Positions 43,345 through 53,370 of a stretch of 54,316 nucleotides of DNA are shown here, piece by piece. Source of the stretch: Nitrosopumilaceae archaeon (GTDB lineage: Archaea; Thermoproteota; Nitrososphaeria; Nitrososphaerales; Nitrosopumilaceae); assembly GCA_965200155.1 (NCBI GenBank), contig CBDATR010000013.1, forward strand, positions 1 to 54,316. The letters are read 5' to 3'. A model generated the notes under the pieces. The model saw only the letters and a list, made by a program, of their open reading frames with translations. It was not told where the DNA came from and ran no database searches. The position numbers and the translations under genes are program-made. Positions within the stretch are counted from its first letter, which is position 1, and every line of letters begins with the position of its first letter.

Positions 43345-43479
43345 ACTACATTTGCATAACAAGTATTACTCCAAGGCTAACGGGATCATTCCCTGCCGGT
43401 TTGAGATATGTTTGCAGGATTCCATTACACGAAAACGCGTCCCAATTCGGAGCAACCTGAATGATTACCTAAAAAGTCA

Positions 43480-45135
43480 CTATTTATGCGAGAAGACTGC
43501 CTGCCGGGCCGATTCCTTGCGGGCATACCCAAATCGCACAAACTGCATCATGGAATAGTCAGGGAGATAGTCATAGTACGGCTCCACCATACAATCCAGT
43601 CGGGGCATACTGTTCTCATCAAATTCCTCACCCTTGAACGGTGGGCCCGGAACCAGTACTATTATGGATATGGCAGAGTCCGCTGGCACCCAGTGTACCC
43701 GTGGTGCATCAGGTACATTTGGAACATACGAAACTGTCGTGCCGTCCCATGTTGCCGCTCCCAGACCCATCAGGTGTATGGCCCCGGAATCCAGCAGTAG
43801 TGCATCAGCCTTCTCCAGTATTATTCCCCCAGTGGCATCCAGTGAGCGGGGTTTGTCTCCCGAACCAGACAGGGCGGGCAGTTGTACGGGTCCGGGCATG
43901 TCTGAGGTGGCCAACGTTACAGGGTCACGTACCAAATGCAATCGTACGCTACCGGAATCTATTACGCTACGATTATTCGATTCCAGTGTCTGGAAGGGAG
44001 CGGTAGTATCGGACTTTGTAAAGCCCAGCGACCGGACAAACCGGCGTATGGCTTCTGGCTGTATACCCCGGCGCTTGAGGCCCTCCAATGTGGGAAGGCG
44101 GGGATCATCATAGCTGGCCATATGTCCCCTTTCCAGGAGCGGTCTTATCAGACGCTTTGATACTGGCATATCCTGCAGGGCCAGCCTCGAGAAGGATCCT
44201 ATATACGGCTGGCGCAAGCCCAGCGATTCCTGTATGGAGTGGTACAGTTGGTCCCTCATCTCGTACTCCTTGGAGCGGAATGCGTGGGTTACCCCGTCCA
44301 AGCTGTCCTCAACGGCTATGGCCAAATCATAACTTGGCCAAGTGCGATACTGATTCCCCAGCAATGGATGCTTCTCGTCGGTGATTCGGAATAGTACCGG
44401 ATCACGCATGGTAGTATTGGGAGAGCCCATATCTCCACGATACCGTAGTATGGCGGTGCCGGGCTTGTACTTTGTCTGCATGCGCGCCCAGCGAGAGTGA
44501 TTCTCCTCGGCCCCCAGCTTGCTGCACTTGCATGATATCTTGCTACGGCGGTTGGCAGATATGTCCTCCCGGTTACATGTACACACGTATGCCCTGCCTA
44601 TGTGTATCAGCTCTGCCGCCTTCTGGTGTAATGTATCCATGTCATCGGACGTATTCTTGATATGATCAAAATCTATTCCCAGCCACTCAAGACCAACCTT
44701 TATGGCGGCATAGTACTCCAGCCGCTCCGCGGCGGGATTGGTATCGTCCATGCGCAGAATTATCTTGCCCCCATACATCATGGCGTACTGATAATTTATG
44801 ATTGCCGCCTTGGCGTGTCCTATGTGCGGGTAGCCACTGGGCTCCGGCGGAAACCGCGTAATGACGCCACCCTGTATGGCACCCGGCAGTGGGGGCAATT
44901 CATTCTCTGCACGCTTGAGAGTAGGGGCTGGCCGGAACCGTTCTAGTTCCTTTTTGCCCATGCCGTTCACCTGCTCCACTATATCGTTTATGATTGGTAT
45001 CAGATTCTTGGCGTCTTTGCGCAAATCCGGCCTTGTACCCAACAGCTTGGCCAGTACTATTTTGGATGTGGTGGAGCCATGCGATGCCGCATTGGCCAGG
45101 GCAATTGCCCGTATGTCTTTATTGACACCTTCCAA
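43480..45135 (-). CDS. gltX: glutamate--tRNA ligase (archaeal type)
   Basis: RFPPEP, HIGH, DDTNP, VSKR, DDPRLPT and QFVRFGY motifs. Confidence 0.95.
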   Translation of the reverse strand: MEGVNKDIRAIALANAASHGSTTSKIVLAKLLGTRPDLRKDAKNLIPIINDIVEQVNGMGKKELERFRPAPTLKRAENELPPLPGAIQGGVITRFPPEPSGYPHIGHAKAAIINYQYAMMYGGKIILRMDDTNPAAERLEYYAAIKVGLEWLGIDFDHIKNTSDDMDTLHQKAAELIHIGRAYVCTCNREDISANRRSKISCKCSKLGAEENHSRWARMQTKYKPGTAILRYRGDMGSPNTTMRDPVLFRITDEKHPLLGNQYRTWPSYDLAIAVEDSLDGVTHAFRSKEYEMRDQLYHSIQESLGLRQPYIGSFSRLALQDMPVSKRLIRPLLERGHMASYDDPRLPTLEGLKRRGIQPEAIRRFVRSLGFTKSDTTAPFQTLESNNRSVIDSGSVRLHLVRDPVTLATSDMPGPVQLPALSGSGDKPRSLDATGGIILEKADALLLDSGAIHLMGLGAATWDGTTVSYVPNVPDAPRVHWVPADSAISIIVLVPGPPFKGEEFDENSMPRLDCMVEPYYDYLPDYSMMQFVRFGYARKESARQAVFSHK

Positions 45136-46122
45136 CTATATGCTCCTCTTCACCACAAAATCCAGGAGTGTTTCCAGGTTATCCTTGTGGCGTCCGGAAT
45201 ACTCCCCTATTGCCCGTCGCGCAGCATTGGCGTATGACCCGGCGCGATTCCGCACAGTATCCTCTATACCCAGATGGCGTATGACATCAACTGCGCCAGA
45301 TATGTCCTGGGGTGATGCATTATGGTTACCCAGTGTATTACGTATGAGGTTCAACTCATCACCGGTTGCTGTATCCAGTGCCATCAGTATGGGCAGGGAT
45401 TTTTTACCCTCGCGTATGTCGTTACCGACGGGCTTTTTTGTCACACGGGTATCTCCCACGACGCCCAAGAGATCATCAGTTATCTGGAACGCGGTTCCCA
45501 GGTTCAGGCCAAAGGACGTGGCATTGGCAAGATCTCTTGATGACGCACCCGCGCATATGGCGCCCATGGCGCAGGACACCTCAAAGAGGGCGGATGTCTT
45601 TTTGCGTATCATGGACGTGTACAGCGCCAGCGAGGGCATGGTTTTACTTGTACCCATGGCGATATCCATGCATTGACCTTCGCAAATGTCCACGCATGCA
45701 ACTGCCAGTCTGTCCAACAGATCCGCCCGTATTTGTGCAGGCAGGGATGATTTTGAGAGCGACTGGAACGCCTTGGAGAAGAGTGTATCGCCAGCCAGTA
45801 ATGCCAGGGACATGTCATACTTTTTGTGGGTAGTTGGTACACCGTGACGGGTGTCGTCGTTGTCCATTATATCATCATGGACTAGGGAAAAGTTATGAAC
45901 CATCTCCACGGCTCCGGCCGCGGCCATTGCAGCGGACTCGCTACCCCCCAGCATCTGGCATGTCTCAAGAACCATATACGGACGCAGTCGCTTACCGCCG
46001 TGCACAATCAAGTGAGATGCTGCCTCATACAGTATCTCCGGCGTGCCCAGAATTTCCCCACTCAGATACCTGTTTATGGACTGGACCGATTCCGGGGACA
46101 CACTCAGGGCAATAACCTCCAC
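45136..46122 (-). CDS. geranylgeranyl diphosphate / polyprenyl synthase
   Basis: GGKRLRP, HDDIMD, GQ, KKT and FQITDD motifs; start uncertain (GTG 46122). Confidence 0.9.
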   Translation of the reverse strand: MEVIALSVSPESVQSINRYLSGEILGTPEILYEAASHLIVHGGKRLRPYMVLETCQMLGGSESAAMAAAGAVEMVHNFSLVHDDIMDNDDTRHGVPTTHKKYDMSLALLAGDTLFSKAFQSLSKSSLPAQIRADLLDRLAVACVDICEGQCMDIAMGTSKTMPSLALYTSMIRKKTSALFEVSCAMGAICAGASSRDLANATSFGLNLGTAFQITDDLLGVVGDTRVTKKPVGNDIREGKKSLPILMALDTATGDELNLIRNTLGNHNASPQDISGAVDVIRHLGIEDTVRNRAGSYANAARRAIGEYSGRHKDNLETLLDFVVKRSI

Positions 46123-46718
46123 TGATCCCCATTCATGTGGTGCGAGACCATCTCCAGCAGGAGACCGGTGATGCCGGACTCCAACCACGGCCCTATGGGG
46201 TATGTGTCGGGAACCTTGATTCTTGGTAACAGTGCAAGCGCCAGCAGCATCCATGGACAGTACAGCATGGAATCGGCAATACACATGTCTGACGCGGAGA
46301 CGTACTTTGTCTGGGTTATCTCCTGGACGTTGGGTTTTGCCGACTGCCCCCTTATTATTCCCAGCAGGGTGCCGCATATCTCATTCTCCGAGCCGCGATC
46401 ATCATCGGTCACATGATACTCAAACTTCATGGAATAATCCAGGTGACAGTCCAGTCCCAACTCTTCCGGAAGACGCCGCCGGGCAGCATCCACATAGCTC
46501 TCATCTTTTCTGGGATGACTGGCGACGGTACCATCCCACTTGTCCGGCCAGAGCATCTTGGATGGTGCGCGTCTGGTAAGCAGGAGACGGCCCATATCAT
46601 CAAAGAGTAATGTCGTAAAGGCGCGATGCAGTATTCCCTTACCCTGATGGCACCGTGTCTTCTCCTCGTAGCCTGTGGGGTTATCGTTACGATCCACCAG
46701 TATCAAATATTCAGTCAT
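46104..46718 (-). CDS. idi: type 1 isopentenyl-diphosphate delta-isomerase (Nudix fold)
   Basis: LHRAF, SHP, RRLPEELG, ENEIC and CPW motifs. Confidence 0.88.
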   Translation of the reverse strand: MTEYLILVDRNDNPTGYEEKTRCHQGKGILHRAFTTLLFDDMGRLLLTRRAPSKMLWPDKWDGTVASHPRKDESYVDAARRRLPEELGLDCHLDYSMKFEYHVTDDDRGSENEICGTLLGIIRGQSAKPNVQEITQTKYVSASDMCIADSMLYCPWMLLALALLPRIKVPDTYPIGPWLESGITGLLLEMVSHHMNGDQWRLLP

Positions 46719-47533
46719 ACTACTCCTGGAAACAGCGTTCCTGTTATATTTCCATGTAATGCATCTCTAATGCACCGGGGCTTGTTACCGTTCAAGATTA
46801 CTGCAGCTACTCCGCATTGCGCAATTTTGTCGGCCGACACTACCTTGCGCCTCATGCCCCCGGTTACATCACTCCCTTTACCGGAGTCCGGCTCCCTGAC
46901 AACTCCCTCTGCCACCAGGCTCCTGGCCATGGTATTATCCACCCGTTCCATCACCTCTCCGCCCCTATACAGCCCATCCACATTGGTGGCAAATATGGCA
47001 AGGCGCGGACGCAGTATATGTGAGAGTAATATCATGATGTCATCGCCGGATAGTATGTACGAGTATGGTGTGTCACGTGTATCATATAACATGGCATCGC
47101 CAAAGGTGACAGGGCACATTCCCGCCTGTGCAATGCGTTTCATCTCATGTACCCGTGATATGGTAGTATCAGAGCATAGCAGTGAAGATTCATGGGACAG
47201 TTTTGTATCATACATGAATACGGATGGCGGACAGGCATACGGTCGCATTCCATTCTCAAGCATCGTGTCCAGTATGAGACTGTTCAACCGCACCATGGAA
47301 TTCTTGACCGCGGCCAGACCCTCTAGGCTGTACTGGCGGGGCATACTGTGCATATCATATAGGACAGAATAGTGGTGTCCGAAAGAGCCACCGCCATGCA
47401 CCACCATGACGGGTTCCCCCTGATCTATTATTTCAGATACTGTACTGGACAAAGCCGCCACCGCCTCCTTCTGAAAGGAGAGCGGAATTGACTTGTCAGT
47501 AATTACTGAGCCACCAAGCTTGAGTAAAATCAC
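46715..47533 (-). CDS. isopentenyl phosphate kinase
   Basis: LKLGGSVITDK, HGGGSFGH, SGDD and DVTGGM motifs; likely GTG start at 47533. Confidence 0.88.
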   Translation of the reverse strand: MILLKLGGSVITDKSIPLSFQKEAVAALSSTVSEIIDQGEPVMVVHGGGSFGHHYSVLYDMHSMPRQYSLEGLAAVKNSMVRLNSLILDTMLENGMRPYACPPSVFMYDTKLSHESSLLCSDTTISRVHEMKRIAQAGMCPVTFGDAMLYDTRDTPYSYILSGDDIMILLSHILRPRLAIFATNVDGLYRGGEVMERVDNTMARSLVAEGVVREPDSGKGSDVTGGMRRKVVSADKIAQCGVAAVILNGNKPRCIRDALHGNITGTLFPGVV

Positions 47534-47663
47534 AATTATGAACAGACCCAGTTCAATTATTAACTTGTCGGAAAAATACTGCGGTATTAATGGAATTCCC
47601 GTAGCGGCGATCATAAGTCTTGGTGACAAATTTCCGTAAATTATCACTGGATGGCCAACAGGA

Positions 47664-49277
47664 GTATGAGTTCACGTCTTCCGGAATCTTGTGCACAAAT
47701 CACATTAACTGTCGCGATCAGTTGTGCGTAAATTTAGACACAGGTGAACCCATACCTTGCGTCTACCAAGAAAGAACTTGCACATTACAAGGCAGGGGCC
47801 ATGGGCAACATGCGCCTTGTCCTACGTCTTGCGGCCACCGAGAAAGATCTTGCACATTACAAGGAACGTGTGAGAGTATTGGAAGCATATGTGTCACGCA
47901 CCACAAAAGAAATACGAAATCTCACACAAGATTTCCAAATTATTATAAATTATGTAAATGAATTGGAAAAGAAATTAAAAGAAAAACAGGGGAAAATTGC
48001 GGTACTCACAACGCGACTTAAATATTATGAGAATGCTCACTCGCCACCATCCCTTCAATCCCTCCAGTACAAGAAGCGAAAACAGGGAGATAATAAGAAA
48101 CAGAAAGAAGCCAGTACTAAATCAGCCAAAAAGGCTGGCGCTCAAAAGGGACACAAGGGGGTTTCCCGTTCCCACAACCCCGACAGAGTAATGCGCCACA
48201 CCTTTGAGCATACTCCACAATGTGAGTGCAGCAATATAATGACAAAAAGTGGTTGGAAACAACGACGCATAACAGAATTAATACCAGCAAGAATAGAGGA
48301 GACCCTTCATGTGATAGAGATGGCTGCATGCAAGTGCGGCAAAAAACAACTAGCCCCAGCAGCGGGCGTCCCAGAGAGTGGCGGTTTTGAGATGTGGTGC
48401 CATCACTGCATTACGTGCGGAAAAGATTCCAATAAAGCGCATACCTGTAATTTCGAGGGATCTCTTCGGCCTGAATATATCGGTGGGTGCGGTAAACAAC
48501 ATAATTGCCAGGGCCGCCGATGCATGCGAATCATTTATGGAAACAATTTATGAAAAAATCACCCAGCATTCATGTGGACGAAACTGGTATATCACTGGCG
48601 GGTAAGCGTGGCTGGATATGGGGGGTGCGGGCCGAAGAGTGGATGATATACAAAAGTAGGAGTTCATATGTAGTGGGCAAATACCTGAACGGTTACCAGG
48701 GCGCGATAGTCACAGACAGGTACGCCGTGTGTTACCGGTTTGATGACGGTGGGAAGCACCAGTTGTGTTGGGCGCATTTATTGCGCGATACCAGTATATT
48801 ACATGCAGGATTCTATATCGATCCCGGTGATCAGGACGCCCGGATCAAACTTGACAACGATTTGATCCGGAGCGCACGTGAATCGCTGCGGGCCGTCCGC
48901 GCAATTACGACACTCATTTGAGGCAGGAGCAGATGCATCAGTATTGTGATGTTGATGATACTGAACTGCAAAAGAAGGTAAAAGGATTGAATAAGGCCAT
49001 ACCAGGCATGTTCGTATTCCTAGAATATGACAGTGTGGAGCCCACCAACAATCCAGCGGAGCAGTGGAACCGGTTCTGATACGCAGTGGTATTCCGCAAG
49101 ATTAGTGGTCAGATAAAGGGTGGTGAAAGGGCCATGCGCCGCATGTCCACATGTGTTCAGACATGGAGGGCTCAGGGCCTTTCTGTAATGAACGAGGTTA
49201 CTGCCAGAATGCAATTATAATTAAAAAACTGGGATGCATTCTATCTTATTATGTGATCAAAACACGTGAACTCATAC
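47664..49277 (+). mobile_element. MITE (47664-47755) fused to a 5'-truncated IS66 pseudogene
   Basis: MITE replaces the left end; right TIR ends at 49277; 37-bp repeat pair at 47756-47864. Confidence 0.9.
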
Positions 49278-49415
49278 ACGGATTTAGTCATCCGCTACTA
49301 CACAATTTACGTACGAGTTCACGTCTTTGGGAATCTCGTACACTAACTGTTACTATCAGTAGTGCAAACATGGGTGGACAATACCCATGACCTTGAAACC
49401 TAGTGTATGAGAAAT

Positions 49416-49826
49416 CTATTTCTTGCTATCTGGCTGTTCGGTGTTCTGCTCGGCACTTTGGGCATTTTTGTCTTCCAGTTCCGGTTTTGTAGCCTTGTCC
49501 GGGAGAGGCGAGGTCGTGTCACCCTCAACTGGAGTATCTTTGACTGGTGAATCCAGTGGGGGAGCGCTAGCGGTCTCCTCGGTCTTGTAAGGCAGGACTA
49601 GAATTGCGTCGTCATCCTCTACTAATTCCACGGATATCTTTCTTGGGGGTCTCCTTACCCCTCGGGCCCATATCTGTTGTGCCAGCTCCTGATCTATCTT
49701 GACGTTGGTCGTATGTGCATGGCGGTAAACGTACTCCCGTATCATGTTTATTGCACGCACTGCTCTGTGCTGGCTCTGGGATAGCATTACCTTGCCCAAG
49801 TTTATCGTATGTACGCCCTCATCCAA
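49416..49826 (-). CDS. rpl31e: 50S ribosomal protein L31e with a low-complexity C-terminal extension
   Basis: TINL, RAVRAI and IWARG..PP motifs. Confidence 0.88.
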   Translation of the reverse strand: MDEGVHTINLGKVMLSQSQHRAVRAINMIREYVYRHAHTTNVKIDQELAQQIWARGVRRPPRKISVELVEDDDAILVLPYKTEETASAPPLDSPVKDTPVEGDTTSPLPDKATKPELEDKNAQSAEQNTEQPDSKK

Positions 49827-49829
49827 TGC

Positions 49830-49988
49830 CTAGCCCACCTCCACATCAGTACTGCGCCAGGCTCTGCGCTTGGGATTATTCCTTACGTTGCGCTTTGTCT
49901 TTAAGACTATCCATGTGGGTACCGGTGATGCCTGCTTGGTCTTTTTTATGAGACGGATCTTGCGGGATGTGCTCTTTCGGGCGGGCAT
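49830..49988 (-). CDS. rpl39e: 50S ribosomal protein L39e (not in the ORF track)
   Basis: MPARKSTSRKIRLIKKTKQASPVPTWIVLKTKRNVRNNPKRRAWRSTDVEVG; directly upstream of rpl31e. Confidence 0.92.
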   Translation of the reverse strand: MPARKSTSRKIRLIKKTKQASPVPTWIVLKTKRNVRNNPKRRAWRSTDVEVG

Positions 49989-50036
49989 GACTCTACTCTT
50001 TACGAACTCTTTTTAAATATATCTAATGCGCAGGTT

Positions 50037-50176
50037 GTAACTTTAGGTCGTGTTAAAGATCAACACCTAGACGGTAAATTCATAGTCATATGTGGGATGA
50101 CATGATAGAAAAAGCAAGATCGGACGTGTTAGCGGTGTATTTTGAACAGTTGCCCAGGGGTGGCCTAAACGGTTAA
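50037..50176. repeat. older ~140-bp MITE family copy
   Basis: GTAACTTTAGGTC...GGCCTAAACGGTTAA; aligns with 15734-15866. Confidence 0.7.
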
Positions 50177-50189
50177 TGTCCTGCCGTCA

Positions 50190-50800
50190 TCAATCATACA
50201 TGGAGAACCGGCGCCGCCCGACTGTCCATGCCATGAGTTCTCGCACTGGTCCAGAATCGCGCGGATAGTCTCTCGGTCTTGACCCATCAGGGGTGACTAT
50301 GGAATAGTTATGTAATGAGTGATCTGCCGGGACATGTTTTGTATCCCCTCTTCTACGTCTTTTACTGGATCCCGGTTTATGTGGATTGGGGAACGACTTT
50401 TTGGTGACGCGACCACACTTTTTGGCGTAACGCCTGACCTGGTTTTCGCTCAGCCGTGTACCGGATATCGCTTCCAAGTAATCTTGCTGCTCCTTTATGG
50501 CGCATACGTGACTTTGTGCCCATGATCGAATCATCTCCATCTGTTCCGGTTTTATTTTCGTGGGGCGGCCTGATATGCGCTTGTCCTTGAGCGACTTTCC
50601 TATTCCCTCTATATTCTGGCTCCCTGCTGTAACCGGTTATGCCATCTTGCAACAGTGCGCGTGTCGCAGTTATACTTTAGGGTGGCCTTTGCAAAATTAA
50701 CCTGTACATTCATTAGCATGCACAATCGGCACGAGACTTGCCCGGATTCTCTCGCTTGCTCGAATTTAGTGTAATTGTTGGGCGCAATCCATTGGAGAAT
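50190..50800 (-). pseudogene. IS630-family transposase fragment
   Basis: RTVARWHNRL and GRP HTH-type motifs; homologous to ~13980-14770. Confidence 0.65.
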
Positions 50801-51430
50801 ATGCAGAATCAGACAAATCATCAATTTCCAAAACAAAACATTTCTAAGTGGAATTATTCCAGTAAATATGATGCCCAAATTTAAGACACTCCCTGAAGAA
50901 ATGAAGCGTCTTCAAGTGAGTCTTGAACGCGCACATAAGGGGATAAAAAAGAGGGATAAAAAGCTGGAAGAGAGAGATAGGAAGATCAAGGAACTGGAAG
51001 AGTCACCTGCAAACTTAACCACACATGAAAGATGATGCATATCTTCACAAGATGATCAAAGAGAAAGCTGATCCGGATGATGTACGCCATTACGTAAATT
51101 TGGAAAACACAGTAAAGGATCACAAAAAGATGCATGACACTGCATTGTTGACAATCGAGGCATTCTGGTACATTTGCAGTCGTGTGTCAAAAAACATAGG
51201 CAATCACGAAAAGACTCTACTATTCAAGGATCTAGATGCGAATTCAGCCGAACCGGGGTCCAGACGCAAGCTGCTCTTTCATCATGCTACTAGAGCCAGA
51301 TCAAAAATGACCGAAGCTGAAATAGTAGCGGGGTGAACCAGTCCACGGTGAGTCGCTATGTCAGCGTCTTATCAAAACCTGTACAGGAAGCACTGGTATC
51401 ACCGGTGAAGATAACTGAGGCAATAGGTGC

Positions 51431-52012
51431 GTATGAGTTCACGTCTTCCGGAATCTTGTGCACAAATCACATTAACTGTCGCGATCAGTTATGCGTAAAT
51501 TTAGACACAGGTGAACTCATACCAGGATTCTATATCGATCCCGGTGATCAGGACGCCCGGATCAAACTTGACAACGATTTGAAAGAATTGTTCCGGAGCG
51601 CACGTGAATCGTTGCGGGCCGTCCGCGCAATTACGACACTCATTTGAGGCAGGAGCAGATGCATCAGTACTGTGATGTTGATGATACTGAACTGCAAAAG
51701 AAGGTAAAAGGATTGAATAAGGCCATACCAGGCATGTTCGTATTCTTAGAATATGACGGTGTGGAGCCCACCAACAATCCAGCGGAGCAGTGGAACCGGT
51801 TCTGATACGCAGTGGTATTCCGCAAAATTAGTGGCCAGATAAAGGGTGGTGAAAGGGCCATGCGCCGCATGTCCACATTCGTATCATGTATTCAGACATG
51901 GAGAGCTCAGGGCCTTTCTGTAATGAACTAGGTTGCTGCCAGAATGCAATTATAATTAAAAAACTGGGATGCATTCTATCTTATTATGTGATCAAAACAC
52001 GTGAACTCATAC
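51431..52012 (+). mobile_element. hybrid unit: MITE (51431-51522) + IS66 3' end, TSD ATAGGTGC
   Basis: 8-bp direct repeat flanks the hybrid. Confidence 0.92.
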
Positions 52013-52531
52013 ATAGGTGCGGCAAAAACCAACGAGGATATCACGAACATGCTGGCAGAGGAGGATGGCGTCATACCTTTGATACTGGATGGTACTGTAG
52101 TACGGACGGTGCGTCCCATAGACTCCCAGAAACAAAAAAGTCAATACTCCGGAAAAAAGAAATCACACGGATACACCATACTAATACTGACCGATATTCA
52201 CGGGGACACAATATGGACCAACGACGCCTTTGATGGTAGTACGCACGATTTTAGTATTCTAAAGCAGTCCATGGCAAAGCTAAATGGTCTAGGATTACTA
52301 TTTGAGGCCATGATCAAAAAGAACTCCGGATTGAAGGTAAAACTGTACACGGATCTGGGATTTGTGGGTATAGAAAAGATATTACCGGGAATCATATCTA
52401 TCCAGCCGCTCAAGAGATCAAAACATGAGAAACTAACAGAAGAGCAGAGGAAACACAACGCGCGTATAAACAAGACCAGAATAAAGGTAGAGCAAAGTAT
52501 AGGGAAGATCAAAATGTCTACCAGAATGTCC

Positions 52532-52653
52532 GTATGAGTTCACCTGTGTCTAAATGGAACGGGTCATTCTATAACTGATCGCGACAGTTAAAGAGTAACC
52601 GGTTACTATTTTGTGCATAAGATTGGAACCGGTTCCAAGACGTGAACTCATAC
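52532..52653 (-). mobile_element. triple-scarred MITE (122 bp), TSD GAATGTCC
   Basis: Three replaced segments relative to the 92-bp consensus. Confidence 0.93.
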
Positions 52654-53003
52654 GAATGTCCGACATATATCTTGGAATCATAGATATGAAGAGTTTCAGA
52701 TGGCTTGTGCTATAGTAAACACAATGGTCATATATTAGTCGGGATCAGGATCCCTTCGGACTGCTACCAGCACCGGAATAAGATCCGTCATGTTCTGATG
52801 TCGTCGGGTGTATGTTTCCCTATTCATCAGCTAGTCGTTAACAGTTTCATGTGGGGCACATTACTGTGCTGTGATTCCCCACATGTTTTTCCGGCTTTTA
52901 GACTAAAAACGACTGTTTTACAACGAAAATTATGTAGATGAATTTATTCCTAGATATTGGCAGTAGATTCTGTACACTTTATGTTTTAGAGAACTGATTA
53001 TTT

Positions 53004-53370
53004 GTATGAGTTCACGTCTTCCGGAATCTTATGCACAAATCACATTAACTGTCGCGATCAGTTATGCGTAAATTTAGATACAGGTGAACTCATACCATGA
53101 TATACGTCATCAAGATCCTGTCGCCCCACTACACGACATTTGCAATCACGGCATACGTTAGTGCTGGCAGGTGCCATTAACATTGTTCATGCTTGACGGA
53201 TTGTGTGCAATAAAATACACCCCAGTTGGAAGCAATATGGGATGTTACTGCCAATCATGCGCATAATGTCTAATATATGTATGAGTTCACGTCTTCCGGA
53301 ATCTTATGCACAAATCACATTAACTGTCGCGATCAGTTATGCGTAAATTTAGACATAGGTGAACTCATAC
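53004..53370 (+). mobile_element. composite of two direct MITEs (53004-53095, 53279-53370) carrying an IS5 right end
   Basis: Outer TSD GATTATTT. Confidence 0.9.

Larger units (their letters stand above)
50868..52700 (+). pseudogene. second IS5-family (DDE_Tnp_4-like) transposase, disrupted
   Basis: NQSTVSRY, LDGT, YSGKKKSH, GSTHD, TDLGFVG and RIKVEQ motifs; stops and insertions. Confidence 0.8.

Noticed and set aside
44935-44945. GGAACCGTTCT in gltX
   Set aside because: An 11-mer in frame in a variable linker, with no unscarred allele to compare; chance cannot be excluded.
44861-45676. Long antisense ORFs over housekeeping genes (also 270-932, 4394-4948, 46626-47372)
   Set aside because: Shadow frames of well-supported genes with no recognisable motifs.
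47656-47663. CAACAGGA vs CAACAAGA (14182-14189) as a split TSD
   Set aside because: Only a 7/8 match among many flank comparisons; not persuasive.
9748-53370. MITE copies as a CRISPR array or REP-type repeat
   Set aside because: They are dispersed, in both orientations, with TIRs and 8-bp TSDs, so they are transposable elements.
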